Of a DNA stretch of 64,000 nt, positions 27,001-41,478 are shown in pieces. Within the stretch, counting starts at the first letter, position 1. Each line of letters opens with the position of its first letter. Where the stretch lies: positions 25,668,001 to 25,732,000 of the forward strand of contig NC_043013.1 in the NCBI RefSeq assembly GCF_006345805.1, written 5' to 3'. Position numbers and translations under genes: made by a program. The notes under the pieces were generated by a model. The model was given only the letters and a program-made list of their open reading frames with translations. It did no database searches and had not been told where the DNA came from. Source of the DNA: Octopus sinensis. Taxonomy: Eukaryota.

Positions 27001-30000
27001 ATACAACCGGATGCAATCATCAATAATGGACAAAATAGAGTTTGGTAATAGAATATGTGATACTTACACTAATTTGTAATTTCTATCTTTGTTTACTGTT
27101 GGCAGGAGAGGGAAAACGGCAAGCGCTAGGCAGGAAATAACCCAGCCTAAAATTGGAAGCTGCAAAAAATTTTTAAAATGTGACATATTTCTTATCATCA
27201 CCGTTTAACGTCTGTTTTCCATGCTGGCATGGGTTCGAAGGTTTGACTGGGGACTGGCAAGGCAGGAGGCCACACCAGGTCCCAATCTGTTTTACAAATT
27301 ATTTCCTTATTTTGGAAGTATTGCATGGTACCTTGGGCAAGTGTCTTCCACTATAGCCTCGGGTTGACCAAAGCCTTGTAGATGGAAACTTAAAGAAGCC
27401 TGTCGTATATATATATATGTGTGTGTGTGTGTGTATTTGTTCCCCCACTATTGCTTGAAACCAATGTTGGTGTGTTTACGTCCCCGTAACTTAGCAGTTC
27501 GGCAACAGAGACCAATAGAATAAGTACTAGGCTTACAAAGAATAAGCACTGGGGTCGGTTTGTTTGACTAAAGGCGGTACTCCAGCATGGCCACAGTCAA
27601 ATGACTGAAACAAGTAAAAGAATACAACATTTTGCTTCTCTTTTCTCCAATTGTTTATATCTCTATTCATACTTGAACCGCTCACCACCTGGCACAAAGC
27701 CATCTCCCTCAATATCACTGCCCCTCATCTGTCTCAGCTGAAGGATCCTTGACTGATGAAGACATTCAGTATTCTTTCAGTTTCATGTTAAATTGATAAT
27801 ATACATATATACAACTTGACATAAAAACAGCCACTGGCACTCCTCATAGCCATCAAGAGGCCCAAGCACTGGCAACAGATCTATTACTCGGATACAAGTT
27901 GACAACGCGTGTATATATATATATATATATAGCCCCGAGCTGACCGGAGCTTTGTGATTGAATTCGGTAGGTGGAAGTTACTGCCGTGTGTGTATATGTG
28001 CGTGTAGGTGCTTGTGCCTCTCCGAAAGAGAGAGAGGATATATATATATATATATATATTGGTGCAGCTTTCGGGCTCCCCAGACCCCAGTTGAACCGTC
28101 CAACCCATGCTAGCATGGAAAACGGATGCTAAATGATGATGATGATGATGATGAAATAAGAAAATGGAGAAACAATTTAGTTGGTTCATCAGCTTTCGGA
28201 TATTAGAATGTTGAATTATTTATTCATTTAACAAAATGAGAACCTTAATAGCATACATATATACCTTATAATTCAATACATATACATATAGACATACATG
28301 GCTGTATAAACCTTTTCCATTCCATGTTTCTGGAAGAAGAAAAACAGTGAACTAAATGAATATGTCCATGCTACTTTTACAATTTGAAAAAGTTTGAGAA
28401 AAAATGGAAAACAAAGGATGCATGCATGCATACATACATACATGCATGCATACACACACACACACACACATATGGCTGTGCGGTAAGAAGTTTGTTTCCT
28501 AACCACATAGCTCCAGGTTCAGTCCTATTACATGGTATCTTGGGCAAATGTCTTCAACTATAGCCTCAGGCCAATCAAAGTCTTGAGTGGATTTAGCACA
28601 CAAAAACTGAAAGAAGCCTGCTGTATGTGTGTGTGTGTGTCTATCTCTCACTACTGGTGTTGGTTTGTTTGCAGCCCTGTAACTTGATAGTTTGGCAAAA
28701 GAGACCAATAAAATAAGTAATGGGTTCGATTTGTTTGACAAAAATTTCCTCAAGGACTGGAACAACAACTGGAACAAGGAAAAGAATAAAAGACTGTCAC
28801 TTGTATGACAGTGATGCTCACTTGCAACCATCCTATAATGCCATGGCAAACAAACACATACACACATGGGATTCCACATAGTTTCTGTCAATGAAATCCA
28901 CTGACAAAGCTTTGGCCGGCCTGGGGCTTGAGCAGAAGAGACTAGCCTTAGATGCCATGCATCTGAAACTGTGTGCTTGCAAAATGAGCTCGTTAACCAG
29001 CACACAGCTGTGCCTGCACCTACACACAAGGCAGCTGTAAATTACTATTACAACTTGAAAAATTCAGAGAAACAAGAAAACGAGAATAACTCAGCGGGTT
29101 GGTGCAACCAATGGAGCCCAAGTGGAAGTGTTCGGAAGTTTCTTTAACAAATTGACTAACAAAGAAGAGATGCTGAACCAGTGTGTGTGTGTTTATTATT
29201 ATTGGTGTCATGACCCTCCCAAGTCAACAACTTTGTTTCAACACACAAATTCACATCCAAAATCTCACAAACCAAATACAGAAACTCTGCTGAGTTTTCC
29301 ATTTTTACCCACCAAATTTTTCAAATTGTAAAAGTAACATATGGACACTCTGCATATTCATTGTTTTGCTTCTCACAGAAACATGAAATGGAAAAGGTTT
29401 TTTTTGGTTTTCGAAACAACAACAACAGTTGACCCCCCCCCCCCAAAAAAAAAAACCTAAAGTTATTCTGTAGTGAATGTAGCTGACCTTATTGTAATGC
29501 CAGTTAAAGGAAAGTGGTGCCCACAGTGCCATCAAGATGAGACCAATAGCGATTGCTTTCCTCTCAAAGAAGCTGTAGACCTGTGGAATATAAACAAGGA
29601 CAGTACCAATAATTAATCAATGATTTGTTATGATGTAGTGGAAATATCATGTTTATCTTATCAATACATTAAACCAGTTGAGCCCTAAGTCAATAAGAGA
29701 GCCTGTATGTGGTTGCTTGAACAGTTAGAAATAGCAGTCAAATCTTCATAAATTACAAGATTACAGTCATAAAAAGGGAGAGACACATTGGATGATATAG
29801 TCCTAGGTGCACAAAGCACAAGGACAGGATGATCACGGGTGTAATGCAGCCAAATCTAAAAAAACCATACCTCACTATATATTAACCTTTAGCACACTGC
29901 ATTTTCCTGTCACTACCCTGTTACTACTGGGGAGAAAATTCATACAGTGACATGATGCACTTACAGTGTGCTAAAGGATAAAAGTATGGAATGCTTTGGG

Positions 30001-33000
30001 GAATTGTAGTGTTAAATACAATGTATGGAGAAAGATGGAAGGGCCAAGGCTGGAATGCTTTGGCTCATAGATCTATTAACCTGGTGTTCAACAGCAAACA
30101 CTTTAAATGATACATCAAAGGTTTCTTATATTCTTCTCTGCTAAAAATAGTCTTTGGTACAAGTCAGGAAATATTGCAGTCTTAAAAAGAAGTAAAGTTG
30201 CTTCCCAACCACATGTTTCTGAGTTCAGTCCCACTGTGTGACACCTTGGGCAAGTGCCTTCCACTATAGCCCCAGGATGGTCAAAGCTTTGTTAATGGAT
30301 TTGGTAGACAGAAACTAAAAGAAGGATGTATATATCATCATTTAATGTCTGTTGTCCATGCTGTCATGGGTTGCATGGTTTGACCAGGGCTGACAAGCTG
30401 GAAGGCTGTACCAGACTCCAGTCTGATTTGGCATAGTTTGTGTGGTTGGATGCCCTTCCTAACACCAACCACTCTGAGAATGAAATAGGTGCTTTTATGT
30501 GCCAACGGCACAGATGCCATTTGTGTGACACAGGTATCTGCCATTAGTGCAATTTTAGTTGGCTTGAAGGGTCTTCTCAAGCACAACATAATGCCAAAGG
30601 ACTCGGTCATTGCCTCCACGAGGCCAAACACTCGAAAGGAGCTCGACCACTGATGTTGGCATGCTTATGTTCCTCTACTTAGCAGTTTGGCAAAAGAGAT
30701 TGGTAGAGTAAGTACAAAACTTAAAACAATAAGTACAGGGGTCGATTCATTCAACTAAAAAATCCTTCAAGATGATGCCCCAGCATGGGCTGCAATCTAA
30801 TGAATGAAAACAAGATAAAATTAAAAACAAAGGTATCAAATTCTTACCAAAATCTCCAACCCTATAAAAGTAACAATCAATTCCAGTCCAACTGAGTGGA
30901 GAATATGATTTTCATAAGCAGCCTTGACAGCAGCAAATACAATATCTTTCCTGGAAAAATAAAGAGCAATATGAATCATATGTAAGGAGAGGTTCTGGGT
31001 AGCTTGCTAGAAATGTAAGGACACTGGACTTCAGTGACTCTAGTCCTGAGTTCAAATCCCACCTTGGGAGTCATATTCAGTTTTTATCTCCTGAGGTTTA
31101 GAAAATTGAAGCACCAATAATATACTGCAGCTGATTTTCTCAGCTGTACTCATTCCCTGTGAAAATTGGCCCCGTTTTTAATGGGAAGAAAGCATTAAAT
31201 TACTGATGGGGAAAATGATGGATGTTAAAGAAAAAGACAAGAAACAAACAATGGGTTTAGAACACACACACTCACAAATACTTAGTGCTTTCAGTTCTAT
31301 TGAATATTTACATCAATTGGATACTACAATATATTAAGCAGTATCTTTTATCTTTTACTTGCTTCAGTTATTAGACTGCTGGGCAACAGTCTTGAAGAAT
31401 GTTTAGACAAATGAATCAATCCAAGTACTTATTAAGTTTTTTAAGCTTGGAATTTATTGTATCAGTTCCTTCTGCCAAACTGCTTTTTTACAGGGATGTA
31501 AACATACCAACACTGACCGTCAGGTGGTGGTGGGGCACAAACAAACACATGGGCTTCTTTCAGTTTTCATCTACCAAATCCTCTCACAAGGCTTTGGTTG
31601 GCCCAAGGCTATAGTAGAAGACACTTGCCCAAGGTGCCATGCAGTGGGACTGAACCTGGAATCATGTGGTTGGGATGTAAACTTCTTACCACACAGCCAC
31701 GCCTTGTATAACTTGGAATGAAATGATTAGGTGAAGGTGTTTGAACACCTGCATCCAATCACAATAATGATGCAAAAAACACTTACCTGTGAATAACACT
31801 TCTCCACATTAGAACTGGTAAAAGCAAGTACATGTAATACATGAGAGGTGATGATGTCACTGTAAAGAAAACAGAACAAACCATTGTTATTTCTCCATTG
31901 TTTTTTTTTTTCATTTCACATTTGTATTGTTAGTGTGTGTGATGTAGTGACATGCATGCCTTTGGTAATTGTGTTAGAGACATGAATGAAGTAGTTCCAA
32001 GTTAGAAACAAATCCTGGTTCTATCTTCAATAAGATAGAATTAAATAAATCTGTCCATGAGAAAGTATTATCTTGTAATAAAAAGCACTCGGGCAGGTAT
32101 CACATAAGAAGCACCTGCACTGGTGCCATATTAAAAGCACCTGTGCTAGTACTTGGTATACTCTGTAAATTGGTTGGTGTTAGGAAGGGTATCCTGTTGT
32201 AAAAACCATGCCAAAACAGGTAACTAGGGCCTGGTGTAACTCCCTGGCTGGCAAGCTCCTATCAAACTGTTCAACCCATACAGATGACAGATGTTTGATG
32301 ATGATGATGGTACTCTAGCATTAGATTTAGGGGCAACATAGTCAAGTCATCATCATCGTTTAACATTTGTTTTCCATGCTGGCATGGGTGGGATGGTCTG
32401 ACTGAGGTCTGGAGAACCAGTGGCTGCACCAGGCTCCAATCTGATCTGGCAAGGATTCTACAGCTGGTTGCCCTTCCTAATGCCAACCACTCCGAGAGTG
32501 GGTACTTTTTACATGCCACCAGCACAGGAGCCAGTCAGGTGGGCCTGGCATTGATCACATTTGGATAGTGCTTTTTATGTGCCACCAACACAGGGGCTGG
32601 TCAAGGGGTACTGGCATCGGCCATATTCAGTTGGTGCTTTTTACGTGCCACCAGCATGAGAGCCAGTCCGTGGTACTAGCATTAGCCATGTTTGGATGGT
32701 GCTTTTTATGTGCCACTGGCACAGGAATCAGTTAGGTGGACTTGGCATGGTTAAAGTATTAGGTTGACTTGGGAGCTCACACATAATTTTCTTCTGTTCC
32801 TAGGCAAAACATTTTACTTAGAAATCAATACGTAAGTATTAGATCAATCAAGTTCAAACTTAGGTTAAAGTCAATAATCACCAAGCTACAGAGCCATTGG
32901 GTCTGAACTCTGGATCTGGTTATAGGCTGCATACTGATTGGAAATAATCTATTAGTCATCATGACATCCACTGGGAATAGAATATCTATTTTGGTCAAAT

Positions 33001-36000
33001 AGCATTCTCACTACAATGTAATACAGTAATCTCTCGCCAAATCGCGGTTCATCTATTGTGGTTTATTATTTAAGCTTACATCAATTCGTGGTTTTGTTTT
33101 GCATTTATAATAAAATAACTATATACAAATTATAAAAGTAATAATAAAAAATATACAGTACTGTTTCTATTTTGTGGATTTTAACCTAACGTGCGGGGGA
33201 GGGGTGTGTGGAACATAACACCTGCAATAGTCAAGGCATTACTGTAATAATAATCCTTTCTACTCTACGTACAAGGCCTGAAATTTTTTGTTTGTTGGGG
33301 GACTAGTCAATTACATCGACCCCAGTGTGCAACTGGTACTTAATTCATCAACCCTGAAAGGATGAAAAGCAAAGTCAACCTTGGCGGAATTTGAACTCAG
33401 AAGTAAAGACAGACAAAACATCGCTAAGAATTTTACTTGGCGTGCTAATGTTTCTGCCAGCTCGCTGCCTTAATAATAATAATAATAATAATATAGTAAT
33501 AATGGCAGTGGATTGGTAGAAACGACAGAGCATATTTTGTCATACTTTTATAGTCTGAGATTGATTCTTATTGAGGTTCACTTTGCTTTTCAATCTCCTG
33601 GAATTGGTAAAAGTATCAGCCAAGAATAACAATGGATAGAATTGATTTCCTCATCCTAAAGTGTGCAACCTTATGCTTAACTGAAGAATCGTTGAGAAAG
33701 AATTTATCCATATAGAATAACAAGGAGAACATACTATAACATTACTTTGAAATGGTGAAAATGTTTTAATAAAATATATTAAAAGCCCTCTTGTCTTGGG
33801 GGAGCCTAGAATTTTTCGGAATCTGCTTTAAGAAACACTGTTATATCTTTTATGTTTTACTGGTTTCAGTCAATAGACTGTGGCCATGCTGGGGCACCAC
33901 TTTGAAGAATTTTTAGTTGAATGAATCTACCAGAGTACTTATTCTATTGGTCTGTTTTGCCAAACTGCTAAGTTACAGAGATGTAAACACACCAACACCG
34001 GTTGATAGAATAAGTACCAGTTGAATGCTGGGGTTGATGTAATCGACTTACCCCTCCCCCCAAATTACTGGCCCAGTGCAAAAAATTTTGAAACCAGTAT
34101 TTAATGGAAGCATTTGGCGTTTTGTCCTCCACAACAGATACAAAAATAACAGAAGAGAAAAAAAACAAAAGCTAACTTACCAAAGAGGAAACCAATAATA
34201 ACACATATGATTACAAGAATACTAATGTCGATGAAATTCTTCATTGGCCACCAACGCAAGTTCATAATATGCATTTGGAAACTTGTCGTCATCAAACCAG
34301 AATGCTTTTGTAACAAAAGGCAGATGACAAAAAACATCCAGCCAACAAAACTGAAAAACACACTCGTACTGAAATAGAAAAGTTGTAACAAGCTGTTAAC
34401 GAAACGGTTCAAATACAAGAATAGATTTTGTTGTCTTGTGGCATAAAATAGTAAAATCATAAAAAGGAGGCCGATGCTGGTGTCAGGTCAATAGCACCTG
34501 TGCCAGTGGCATGTAAAAAACATCCACTACACTCCCAGAGTGGTTGGCATTAGGAAGGACATCCAGCCATAAAAACCTTGCCAAATCAGATCAGAATGTG
34601 GGGCAGACTCCCACCCCTCACCTCCGTTTACCAGTTTTCAAGTTAGACCATCCAACCCATGCCAGCATGGAAAGCGGACGTTACAAAACATGATGATGAT
34701 GAAATGAAAATTATGAAATGATAAAAGAAATGAAAAACATAAAGTGAGAGGTCACAGCTCTGTGATTATGGAGATGTGGTGAGAATGTCAGAGGAAAGAA
34801 TTGCCAGATGGATTCTTCAAGCCAACCAGCATGTGACCTAGGGTTAGGACTAAAAACAAGATAGTCACTGTAGTGAGATTGCAACCGTGGCCTATGTCAG
34901 TGCAGCATAACCGGCAGTGGCACATAAAAAGCACCCACTAAACTTTTGGAGTGGTTGGCATTAGGAACGGCATCCAACTGTAGAAACCTTGCCAGATCAG
35001 ATCCGAGCCTGGTACAGCCTTCTGGCTTGTCAGTCCTCAGTCAAACCGTCCAACCCATGCCAGCATGGAAAGCAGATGTTAAACAACGGTGATGATGATG
35101 ATGACAGTTGGTCATGACTGGGATTCTAGCCAGAAAGTGTAATGATAGTTGCTTCTTGTAGGAGCCAATGGAAGAGGTGCCTAAAGACTTGTTAAGTGAA
35201 TGAGAGATGACAATATTCCTTACATATTGGACAGTGGTCAATCAAATGTATTTGAGATCAGAGGGCAAAAATGAGGTGAACTGATGTGTTATGTAAACTA
35301 TTCGAAACATTATAAACACTGATTTAGAGGGAAAAAAAATAATGGAAAAACTCCTCAAGAAGCCAGATGATGGGGTTTGAACCAGTAATCTCTCACTCGG
35401 TAAGTTGCTGCTTTACAGATTCTACCAGATGAATCAATTTGTGATCTTTTTTCCTTTCACAGAAGATTGGAAACAAATCACAAAATTATTTACATTTGAC
35501 GGATATTTATCCTCATCATTGTTGTTGTTAACACAATGTTTCAGCTGATATACCCTCCAGTCTTCATCAGGTGTCTTGGGGAAATTTCGAACCTGGATTC
35601 TCATTCTTAAAGTATTTTTCGATGTTATTATTACTATTATTATTCAGGTCACTGTGTGTGTGTGTGTGTGTAGATAAGTTTCTTTCAGATTCTGTCTAGC
35701 AAATCCATTCATGTGGCTTTGATTGGCCCATGGCTATAGTAGTAGACACTTGCCCAAGGTGCCATGCAGTGGGACTGAACCTGAAAGCATGTGGTTCTCA
35801 ACTACAGACCACAGTTTTGCACTTAAGCCACAGCTTTCTGATGTTATTGGCTCTGTGTAGATCTAATATTTGTGTAATTTTGGTTTTTGGGGGCACATTT
35901 TTATGAAGTTCAAATTGAGGCTTCTTCTGAATTGCTTGGCAGCAACAATTCCGAGACAACACATCTGGACTAAAATGAAGATGAGGAGTACTTTTGAAAG

Positions 36001-39000
36001 TAATTTTTGAAAAATAATAAATCCTCATAAACCTGGGCAAGGCTGGGTCCTGTTCCTGGTTACTTGTGTAACTTTATGGTTAGGTGAATACACACACACA
36101 CTGTAATATATGCATATTTAGGTATAAGGGGCAGAGTGGGGAAAGGGAGAAGGGAAATAGAGGAGGGAAAGAGAGAGAGAGAAAACTTACCCCAATAACA
36201 TTCTGTTATATGTTTGATAATACTGCAGCCCTTTCAAACTGAGATCTATTAATCTTTTCCCTTCTACAATCTGAAAGAGAGAATAAAGTATGTCATATTT
36301 TTCCAAAAAAAAAAAAAAAAAAACCCCTTCAAATGAAGATGGCAGGCAGTACCCTTGACTCCCTGCTTTAGAATCATGAATTTAAATTCCATCAAAGTCA
36401 ACTTTGTCTTTCATCCTTCAGAGGTTGATTAAAATAGTACCAGTTATGCATTGGGGTCTATGTAATTGATTCCATCCTCCCTTCAAATTTAAGTGATTTT
36501 TAAAATATCAAATATTAAATATATATGATAGCATTATTATAAAAGAGTGATAGCAGTTATTTACTTCCACTTTGAGTACAATATTTGAATAACATGGCAG
36601 CAACACACTTGTTACTATCGTATTTTAGCCTCTAAACGCTTGGCACAAAGCCACCTCCCTCAATACTGCATTCCTAATCTGTTGACAGGGGTCAAGTCTT
36701 GCAAGTTATCAGGTGACCTCACTAGTGCTGGTGCAGCATACAAAGAAAGAAATAAAAAAAAAACACCCAGCACACTCTATAAAGCTGTTGGTCTTAGGGA
36801 GGACATCCAGCCATGCAAACCATGCCAAAGCAGGTATTGGAGTTCAATGCAATCCCTTGGCTTTTTCGATACTGTTGAACCATCCAACCGATGTAAGCAT
36901 GGAATATAGATGTTAAATGATCGCATGGTTCACACATTTGCTTCCCAATTGTATGGCTTCAGCTTTAATCCCACTGCAAGGCATCTTGAGTAATTGTCTT
37001 CTACTTTAGCACCCCCACCCCCGAACCTTGTGGTTGAATTTGAATATGGAAACCGAAAGAAGCTCATCATATATTGTGTTATCCCATAAATAATGCAGTT
37101 TTTTTTTAATACTTTTATTTTTCAAAATTAAGCTAAAGTTCTTTCTCAATCTAAAATATACTATCCTTCATTTTTGACAATGCTCTTCCATCTATCTGAT
37201 AGACTTGAAAAGCCTCTCTTCCAAAATTCACTTATCTGTGATGAAAAATGCTCCTCCAGTACCGTCCAAATGATTTTGAAGTCTGTAGAATAAATGATAA
37301 TCAGATGGGGCAATGTCAGGCAAATATGGTGGGTGGGGCATCATTTCCCATTCAAACTGCTCCAGCCTTTGAAATGTCATCCTTACTGTATGTGGCCAAG
37401 CATTATCCTGATGGAAGAACACTGTTCATCTTGAAACTAAAAATGGTCATTTTTCTTCTAGCACTTACTTAAGCTGCTCGCAGTAGATCTCCTTTGTTAT
37501 TATTTAGCTTGGGTTTAAAAGTTCAAAGTGGACTAAACCTTTCATATCCCACCAAGCAGAGAACACCTTACGTGGGTGAAGACATTCTTTAGCCTGGGGT
37601 GCTGGTGTTTCTCCTTTCCCTACACACTGTCTTTGGTGCTTGACATTTTTATAGAGAACACATTTCTCATCACCAGTCACTATTCGGTCCGAAAAAAAGG
37701 TTCATTTGCGATATGTGACAGCAAAGAAGAGCACACATTCAGTCTCTGCACACAATTAGACTCAGAAAGTTTGTGAGGAATCCACTGACCCAATTTGCCG
37801 ACTTTACCAATGGCACACAAGTGTCGATGGCTGGTTGAATGACCAAATCCAAACTTCTCTGTTAGTTCCTTAACAGTTACAATGGGATTTTGTTCCACAA
37901 GGGTCTGCAGGATGTCCTTGTCGAGCTCTACAGATCTTCCAGGACAAGGCTCGTCTTCTAGGCTGTCATTTCTGGAACCACCGTTGACCCTGGCTTATGC
38001 TTACTGTCTGACCCCCATATACTGCATTAATATTCCTTGCACTTTCCGTTGTGTTGTTGACTTTATTGAACTCATAAAGCAAAATATGCCGAATATGCTT
38101 CATTGCCACTTCCATTATAGCTTTGAAAAAATACCTGTTCAAATCAAATTGCATTCTTCAAAACTTGCACTAAGAATAAATACAAAGTAAAATTACAACC
38201 TGCTTTCATTTTAGTTCATGCAATTGAAAAAATCCGCATAATTTATGGGATGACCCAATATGTATATGTGTGTATGTGTATATGAGTGAGTTCATATTTC
38301 CTAGAGTATTCATTTGCTGATTGTAAAAGCCATTGTTTGCAACAATGGCTTATTGACATGTCATGACATTGTGTGATCTCTGTAAACAAAAGGCTCATTC
38401 ATCCAGTGTTGCTTGTTCCCAGTTCCACATGCAAAACATGTTCAAGCTGTTTCATCTTTTATAGACTGGGAGATCATTAGTTCCCTTAGAAACATGTGAA
38501 GGTGGGTGAGAGGTAAGGCATCTGGTTGCAGAAAATTCTGCCCCAACAGACCCTTATCTCATTCATGCAAGCATGGAAAAGTAGACACTGAAAAAAAAAG
38601 AAAAGAAATTACGAAGAGGAAAATGTGTTTTATTAGAAAGAAATCAAAATAACTTACTGCTTCTTCATATTGGCCAGCATAGATAAGATTCTGAATATGT
38701 TGAATTTTCTCGGCCTGAAATGTAAAGAATATTTTTCATAGGAAGTCACATTCTGATTTTACATAAACCACATTAAACACTCTCATCCTATTCTTCTATT
38801 CTTTTTTTACTTGTTTCGGTCATTTGACTGCGGCCATGCTGGAGCAACACCTTTAGTCGAACAAATCAGTCCCAGGACTTATTCTTTGTAAGCCTAGTAC
38901 TTATTCTATCAATCTCTTTTGCCAAACCATTAAGTTATGGGGATGTAAACACACCAACATCGGTTGTCAAGCAATGTGTGTGTGGGGGAAGCAAAAACAC

Positions 39001-41432
39001 AAAAAAATTCATACATTCATGTATATATATATAAGACCTCTTACTCTACCTCCCCAACTAAGTCTCTTGCTGCCTGCAGTCACAAGTCGGGGTGCCATAA
39101 GAGATAATTGTATTCAGCCTTGGTAAAGGAATCCACTATCCTGTAGAAATCATTTTCCACCATGACCTCCGCAGCTACCTGCAGAGGCCAATCCAGGCTT
39201 TCAGTGTAGGACAGGACCTCCTCCTCCTGACCTTCCAGATTCCTCACAAAGTTCTCTACGGTCCCTGCCTTAAGAAAGATAATAAATTCCTCATTTATTA
39301 TACTGGGAGGGGCCACAGTTTCCTCCATCGGTGGCACAATTCCCACCGACAAGGTTTCAGGACATGCCGGCAGTGTACTGCTAACTGCCGGCACAGTCCC
39401 ATTCTTTTTCTTGTCTTGATACGGGAGGGGGTGGTTCCTCTGCTTTAACCGGAGGATATTCCCTCCCTCTTGCAGCTTCGGGGGTCCTTTGGTGGGCAAC
39501 CATTGTTGCCCACCTTCTTCCATATTTTTCAGGGAGGCCTCTACCTCCTCAAATGTCTCCATCTCTTCCTCCGGAAGAGGACCCTACTCTTATCTTGTCT
39601 TATCTTGTAGTTGTGCTTCACTTGTTCAATAATTCACGACGTTGGTGTATGGCGTCGTGACTCCTAGCAGTGCAAAAAAAAAACACTGACCAATGTATGC
39701 GTTGGGAAGCAAGCTTCTTACCACACAGCCACTCTTGCACCTCTATTAGCATCAAAAGTCATAAAGTTCATTGGTTACAACAAGTCTTCCAATCCATCAA
39801 TAGAACAGCCTGCTTGTGAAATAAACATGCAAGTGGCTGAGAACTCCACAGACAATGTAGTTCTCAGGGAGATTCAGTGTCACACAGAATGTGAAAAAGC
39901 TGGTCCTTTGAAATACAAGTACAGCTCATTTTTGCCAGCTGAATGGACTGGAGCAATGAGAAATAAAGTGTCTTGCTCAAGGACACAACAAGCCGCCGGG
40001 AATTGAACTCATGACCATACAATTGTGAGCTAACCCCTAAACCAAGCGCATTCTAAAAGAAACATTTATTTATTCCAAAATATTTAATAGTGAAAACCAT
40101 TAATTACTGAGTAGTATAGTTGTGTAGTTTGTGGGAAATACTTGAATTGCATAAGAGAGAATTAAAAATAAAATTAGAATCCTTAGTGAGAAATTAAAGG
40201 TCCTTTGCTCAAGATTCTTCTCCTTCAGTGTAATCCTTCAAATTTCCTGGGATGAAAGAAGGACCAGATTACATGTCACAAATCACTTGTTTCCTACTTC
40301 AAAGTCTAGCTAAGTGGTTTTCAACTGGGGTCCACATGGCCCTTAAGAGTCCATATAAGACTTTACATTATTTATATTGGACGGATATGTGTCCCCATCT
40401 TGTTTGTTGTTACCACAACATTTTGGCTCATTTACTCTCCAGCCTTCATCAGGTGTACTGGTAGAATTTTGAACCCAACCCTGGGTTCTCATTCTTAAGG
40501 TATTTTTTTGCTGATGCTATTATTATTATTTATTCAAGGTACTGTCTGGAATTGAACTCAGAATCTTGGGGTTAGTAGCCCTCGCTGTTAGCCATTATGC
40601 TATGTGCCTCTGAGAAATTGTAACAACAAACAAGATGGGGACACATATCCCCCAATGTAAATAATGGACAGAAATCCTCAGAACATATAAGATTTTGTTG
40701 TTTATCTGCAATAAATTGGTTATGCTCCTACAATATGCAAAATATTTTAATTATTTTTATACAATTCCTAACATTTAATTATGTGTAACAAGATTTTTTT
40801 AAACACGGAATGGTTATTTGAGTCCACCCAAATAAAATAGGAATCAAAGAGTCCATAGGTAAAAAAATGGTTGAGCCATTAGTCTAATTTCTTAAGACAT
40901 CCAGTTCCTGTCAAACTGTCCAATCTGTGCCAGCGTGGAAGATGATAGACATTAAGTAATGATGATGAAGACTGGACAAGGTAAATAGCCTGAAGGTCAA
41001 TATGGTCAAATCTATGGCACTGGTGTCCTATAAAATACTCTGATGTATGGCAGTTAATGAAATGAAGACACAACTGAACAATATATGTGAAGTAAAGTAC
41101 CATTTGTTGTGGATAAAATGAATTGATTTAAACCCTCGTCTAAATATTATTCCCAATCTTTAATTTACTGAGAGGTTAAAACTAATAAGTTCAGAGGTAG
41201 TTATCATTGATAATGTGTATAGTTACCTGTATTGAAGAGGTTAATTCACTGAAAGAAATGGAAAGGAAAAAAAAATATTTGAAAATTCCTCAATGAAATC
41301 AAGTATACAATATCTACTAAAAGACTTCGTTAAACACTATAACATTAATTTATACTAAGCATCTAACAAGATTTACATTTTCCCTATTTCAATGCACACC
41401 CACCTGCACGCATACATGTGTATATATATACA

Positions 41433-41478
<46 letters not shown>

